Below, piece after piece: positions 60,381 through 64,000 of a stretch of 64,000 nt of DNA (position 1 is its first letter; every line of letters begins with the position of its first letter). The notes beneath the pieces are model-generated. The model searched no databases and was not told the origin of the DNA. It worked only from the letters and a program-made list of their open reading frames with translations. The stretch covers positions 38,191 to 102,190 of the forward strand of contig MU004237.1 in NCBI GenBank assembly GCA_010405405.1, read 5' to 3'. This DNA is from Microthyrium microscopicum (taxonomy: Eukaryota). Both the position numbers and the translations under genes were made by a program.

Positions 60381-60932
60381 TTATTTGGGGAGGAGAACAC
60401 TGAAGGTATTGTTAGCGACCTCGACAAATCATGCTCAAGGACAAGAAACTTACGCATCAATAACATGGACAACACCTCCAGTGATAGCGACGTCAGCCTT
60501 GACGACATTGGCGTTGTTTACCATGACCTTGCCGTTCATGATCTTGACTGTCAATGAACCTCCTTGGAGTGTTTTGACAACTTGCCCGTCTTTGAGGTCC
60601 TTGCTGAAAGCTGTAGTGGGAACGACATGGTATTTCAAGACGTTGCCAAGAGCATCCTTGGAGAGAGTCTTAGTTGTGGAAGCAATAGCATCAAACGCAG
60701 CGTTGGTTGGAGCGAAGATGGTAACGTCTTTGAGGCCATCGACGGTTGCAGCGAGGCCGGCGCTGGTGAGGGCGCTGACCAGGCTGGTTAGACCGGCAGC
60801 TTGAGCGGTTTCTGAGGCACTCTTGAGGGCTCCCATAGGTGCTGGTGGAGCCATACCACCGTGGGAATGCTGGGGAAATGCTTGGGCACCGGCGGCGCAG
60901 AGGCCGAGGAATGTAATGAAAGAAGTCTTCAT
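60381..60932 (-). CDS. Secreted single FAS1 (fasciclin) domain protein (165 aa)
   Basis: Signal peptide. Motifs TIFAPTNAAF, LKYHVV and GVVHVIDAVLLP. Intron 60400-60453. Confidence 0.93.
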
Positions 60933-61986
60933 TTTGAAATGGTTTTGATAATCTATGACTTTGGGTGGAAATCGATTGAGTATTTGGTAATCAGAACGAG
61001 GAACCAAGGTGGCTGCGTATGGAGTTATATACAAAAAATCTATAAGATTATCTTCATTTATAGGATTCCACCTCTAATTGCATTTCTTGGGAAACAAATG
61101 ATGTCGACAATAGAATTCGCAAGAAATCTAGCGCTTTCACGACATCGCGCAAGCATCTACGAATCGATCTTGAACATATCTCCTTCTATATTGCGCCTAA
61201 CTACATCAAAAATCAAGCGAAGCAGCCGTCACTATGATTTTAATATGAGAAGTAACATATTTATGCTTTCAATTTCTCTTCTCAAGAATTCTCTCACGAA
61301 GTTTGTGCTTGGCAATCAAGAGAGATGGACGGCAGCCACTTCCTATTTAATCGTCGCGTCATCCATTTCATGCTCGCGGGGTGTACTCCGAAGGATTTTA
61401 AAGTTTTGCCAGGTAGCAATCTGTACCTGAATTTAGTGACCGGAGAGGGACCGTTAAGCAAGGGTTGTGGTATATTAAGACATTTGACGTCGATCGGGCA
61501 GGGCAAGGCCAATATAAAACCAGCTGGGCGATTCTACTGATCTTGGGCAATATAGCTCCTATCTCAAGATATCATATCTCACTTTTTTCTGAGCCATCTG
61601 CTGATTGAACAAATAGTAGTAGTCACTAAGCAACTGCGAGATTGAGGACTTGGTGTCTACTCCATTCAATTTTCACAGCCATTATGAGCGTTAGAGTAGA
61701 GCTGGTGCCTACCGAAATGACCAGATCTTATCTTTATGAAGCCTCATGTTCCAAAGCTTTGCGAGCTGGCTCGTTTGAAGTTGGATGGTGATGCAGATTT
61801 CACCAATCCACATCTAACACAGCCGCGATTATTGAGCATTGTGAGTCTGGAAAACAAGACTGAGAAACGATGCCTTGCGGAAACTTCAATTGGTACGACG
61901 CTTTCAAACACTGCTCTGGCTTGATAGAGATATATTTCATGCTAACTATGCTTTACGCTGCTGACATCCAACGTTTGGGAACCCTT

Positions 61987-62884
61987 CTAAGAAGTATAAT
62001 CGAAGTCATGTTGAATGCGCATATCACCACGGTTGTTCGAATATTTTAGAGCTGCAGCCCCAGTCTTTGCGGGTGAACCGCCCTTGAGCCATTGATCGAA
62101 CCAGAATTTAGCTTGGTAGAAGGCTGATTCCTTCGCAAACACCTGCTTTGGGTCGTTCAAGTCGATTCTAACCGCGAACCCATGCGACACGCCAGAGTAC
62201 AAATTGATCTGATATGTCGCATTCTTCTTCTGCAACAAGCTCTCAACCTCATGGCGTCTAGCCGGTGGCAGCGACTGGTCGGTTTCTATATCCCTCATTA
62301 GTATCACTATCCACCCTTGCAAGACAAGCAAACTTACCAGCAGCAGCCACACTCAATGGTCCTTTGATAGCATTCAACTCCTCATCGGAAAACTTGCCCG
62401 GATGCGCAATCAAACCTACATCCACGCCTTTGCCCGCCAATATCCTCACCACATATGGGCCACCAAAGCAAAATCCAGCCGCGCCCAGCTTCTTCACTCC
62501 CAAACTCTTCGCATAATCAACAGTCTGTCCAACAAACTGCTCAATCTCCGCCTGCGGATGGCGCGCTGCCCAGCCGGTGGAGTTGAAGCCAGTGCGGTCT
62601 TGCGGCTGTGGGTCGCCTTTGAAATAGTCGGGCATTAGCACAAGGTAGCCGGCGCGCGCATAAGAATCGGCCAGTAGTTTGTTGGCTGGGAGGGCGAGGC
62701 CGAAGATGTCAGTGAGGAAGATGATGGCATGTTCTGCAGACTTGCTGGGCGCATAGGCGTGGTAGATGTTAAGTCCGTTAATAACTTTTTCTTCGCCAGT
62801 GGGTGTGCCAGTGTGGGCGACGGTGGGAAGTTGGGCGAGGGCAGCGGTTGCGTACAATGCTGCTATGGCGAGCTGTTTGAACAT
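61987..62884 (-). CDS. Dienelactone hydrolase family alpha/beta hydrolase with signal peptide (281 aa)
   Basis: TDIFG, GFCFGG nucleophile (Cys), ETD (Asp) and VSHGFAVR (His). Intron 62286-62337. Confidence 0.92.
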
Positions 62885-63814
62885 TGTGATCTTGAGTGAG
62901 CGAAGTATGCTGAGTGGGATAATCGATGGCTGGACAAGAGCGAGGCTCTTTTGGATGCACGGCGATGGCGTGTATAAGTATTGCCAAGCTCGGTCTGCTT
63001 TTCTATAAAGTTAATGTAGCGTAGATTGATAATATTAATTCAGTCGTTGAACGCGCTCCGGTTGCGCTCCGGCTGCTTGATTTGATGTGCTATTTTGAGA
63101 TTGAGGTACTGCTAAAGGGGTTTCATCTTGACAGTAGGGTATATATGATGAGATAGTATTCCCAGATTTCAATTGACCTACCGGTCCTCCGAAGTCTTAT
63201 ATCCAAAGGTATGACAAATGACGCAATGAGGCAACAATTATGATCTTCGCCAAGCAAATTTCTTGTGCAGTCTTGGTGTCGCCGTTGTCACTGTATGAAG
63301 AGGTGTATTGTCTGTTCAATCAAAGTTGGCTTGCAGACGACACCTACTGGCTATGTCAATGGCAGTGCGAAGACATGCAATTGAGATTGTCCCGACATTC
63401 TTTGGTCACAACGATGGCGAACATAAAGTACCCCTTCAGTAATCATTGCTCTACACTTGCTTGAATCTCGTATTATCACGAGCAACATGTTGAGGCATTC
63501 ATAGACTTTGTGAGGTTGCTGCAGCGGGTTCGTAAGCGGATCGAGTAGAGGATTTGAGCGAGGGCTATATCAATCGCAAGCTTTAGATGTAAACGTGATC
63601 AAGCGAATGATGTTGAGGAATTGGAGGACGAAGGTCTAGGAGAGATCAAGATGGCAAGACTTGGAGTTGAAGACAGCTGAAAGTTGCGACAGGGATACCC
63701 CTGCCAGCCCTGATCCTTGCTCCCACGTCTTTTGAGATCGTGAGCTTACACCATGCCGCCGCCTAAACTCCAACATCATTTGCTATTCCACATCTTCTAC
63801 AACCGAAACAAACC

Positions 63815-64000
63815 ATGATGACTGAATCTTCCGAAAAGTACGCGATACATGCGGCTTGTCGTGAAGGCAAAAGTACGTTTACCGCCTCTATACTCTCGCA
63901 AACCCTCACGCCAGAATAGCTTCCCTCGTCGAGTCCCTCTTGAACGTATGAACGTCACCAACACGCTCAGTACACAGCATCTCATACCTCCTAGGCAAAT
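63815..64000 (+). CDS. NAS6: 5' end of an ankyrin-repeat proteasome assembly chaperone (gankyrin/Nas6-like), truncated by the window edge
   Basis: Exon 63815-63872 (MMTESSEKYAIHAACREGK), intron 63873-63919, exon 63920-63945 (TSLVESLLN), then a GTATGA donor. Confidence 0.7.

Noticed and set aside
63053..63072. GCGCTCCGG direct repeat as a Zn2Cys6 binding site upstream of the hydrolase gene
   Set aside because: Too short to support without conservation data.

Overview
Filamentous ascomycete genomic DNA, probably a Dothideomycete (inferred from intron signals and RIP), with a two-compartment structure. Bases 1-~24.8 kb are AT-rich, TpA-enriched, RIP-degraded repeats. They include an assembly gap and a 3-kb GC-balanced island carrying a Cys-rich, probably GPI-anchored secreted-protein gene. 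The main AT block resolves into a 16-kb hAT DNA transposon (8781-24774; ~21-bp TIRs, 8-bp TSD GAAAGAAA). It contains a RIP-inactivated transposase, a second divergently oriented intron-rich relic gene, and a 71-bp-arm palindrome between the two that looks like a mirrored core promoter. It also contains a 143-bp tandem array and a nested full-length Ty3/Gypsy chromovirus (15011-22729; 5-bp TSD TAAGT; Tf1-type self-priming PBS). The hAT appears to have inserted into a host coiled-coil gene whose frame rejoins across the empty site. From ~25 kb the DNA is gene-dense. First come four secreted-protein genes: an uncharacterised secreted protein, a Kelch protein, a frameshifted M43 metalloprotease and a lipase. 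Then follow a paxillin-like LIM protein, a kinase-like/ZZ gene with an in-frame stop, CCH1, a GH35 beta-galactosidase with two GC-AG introns, TRM2, MRPS5, PSF1, a fasciclin protein, a dienelactone hydrolase and the start of NAS6. All calls were made by eye; no database searches were run.
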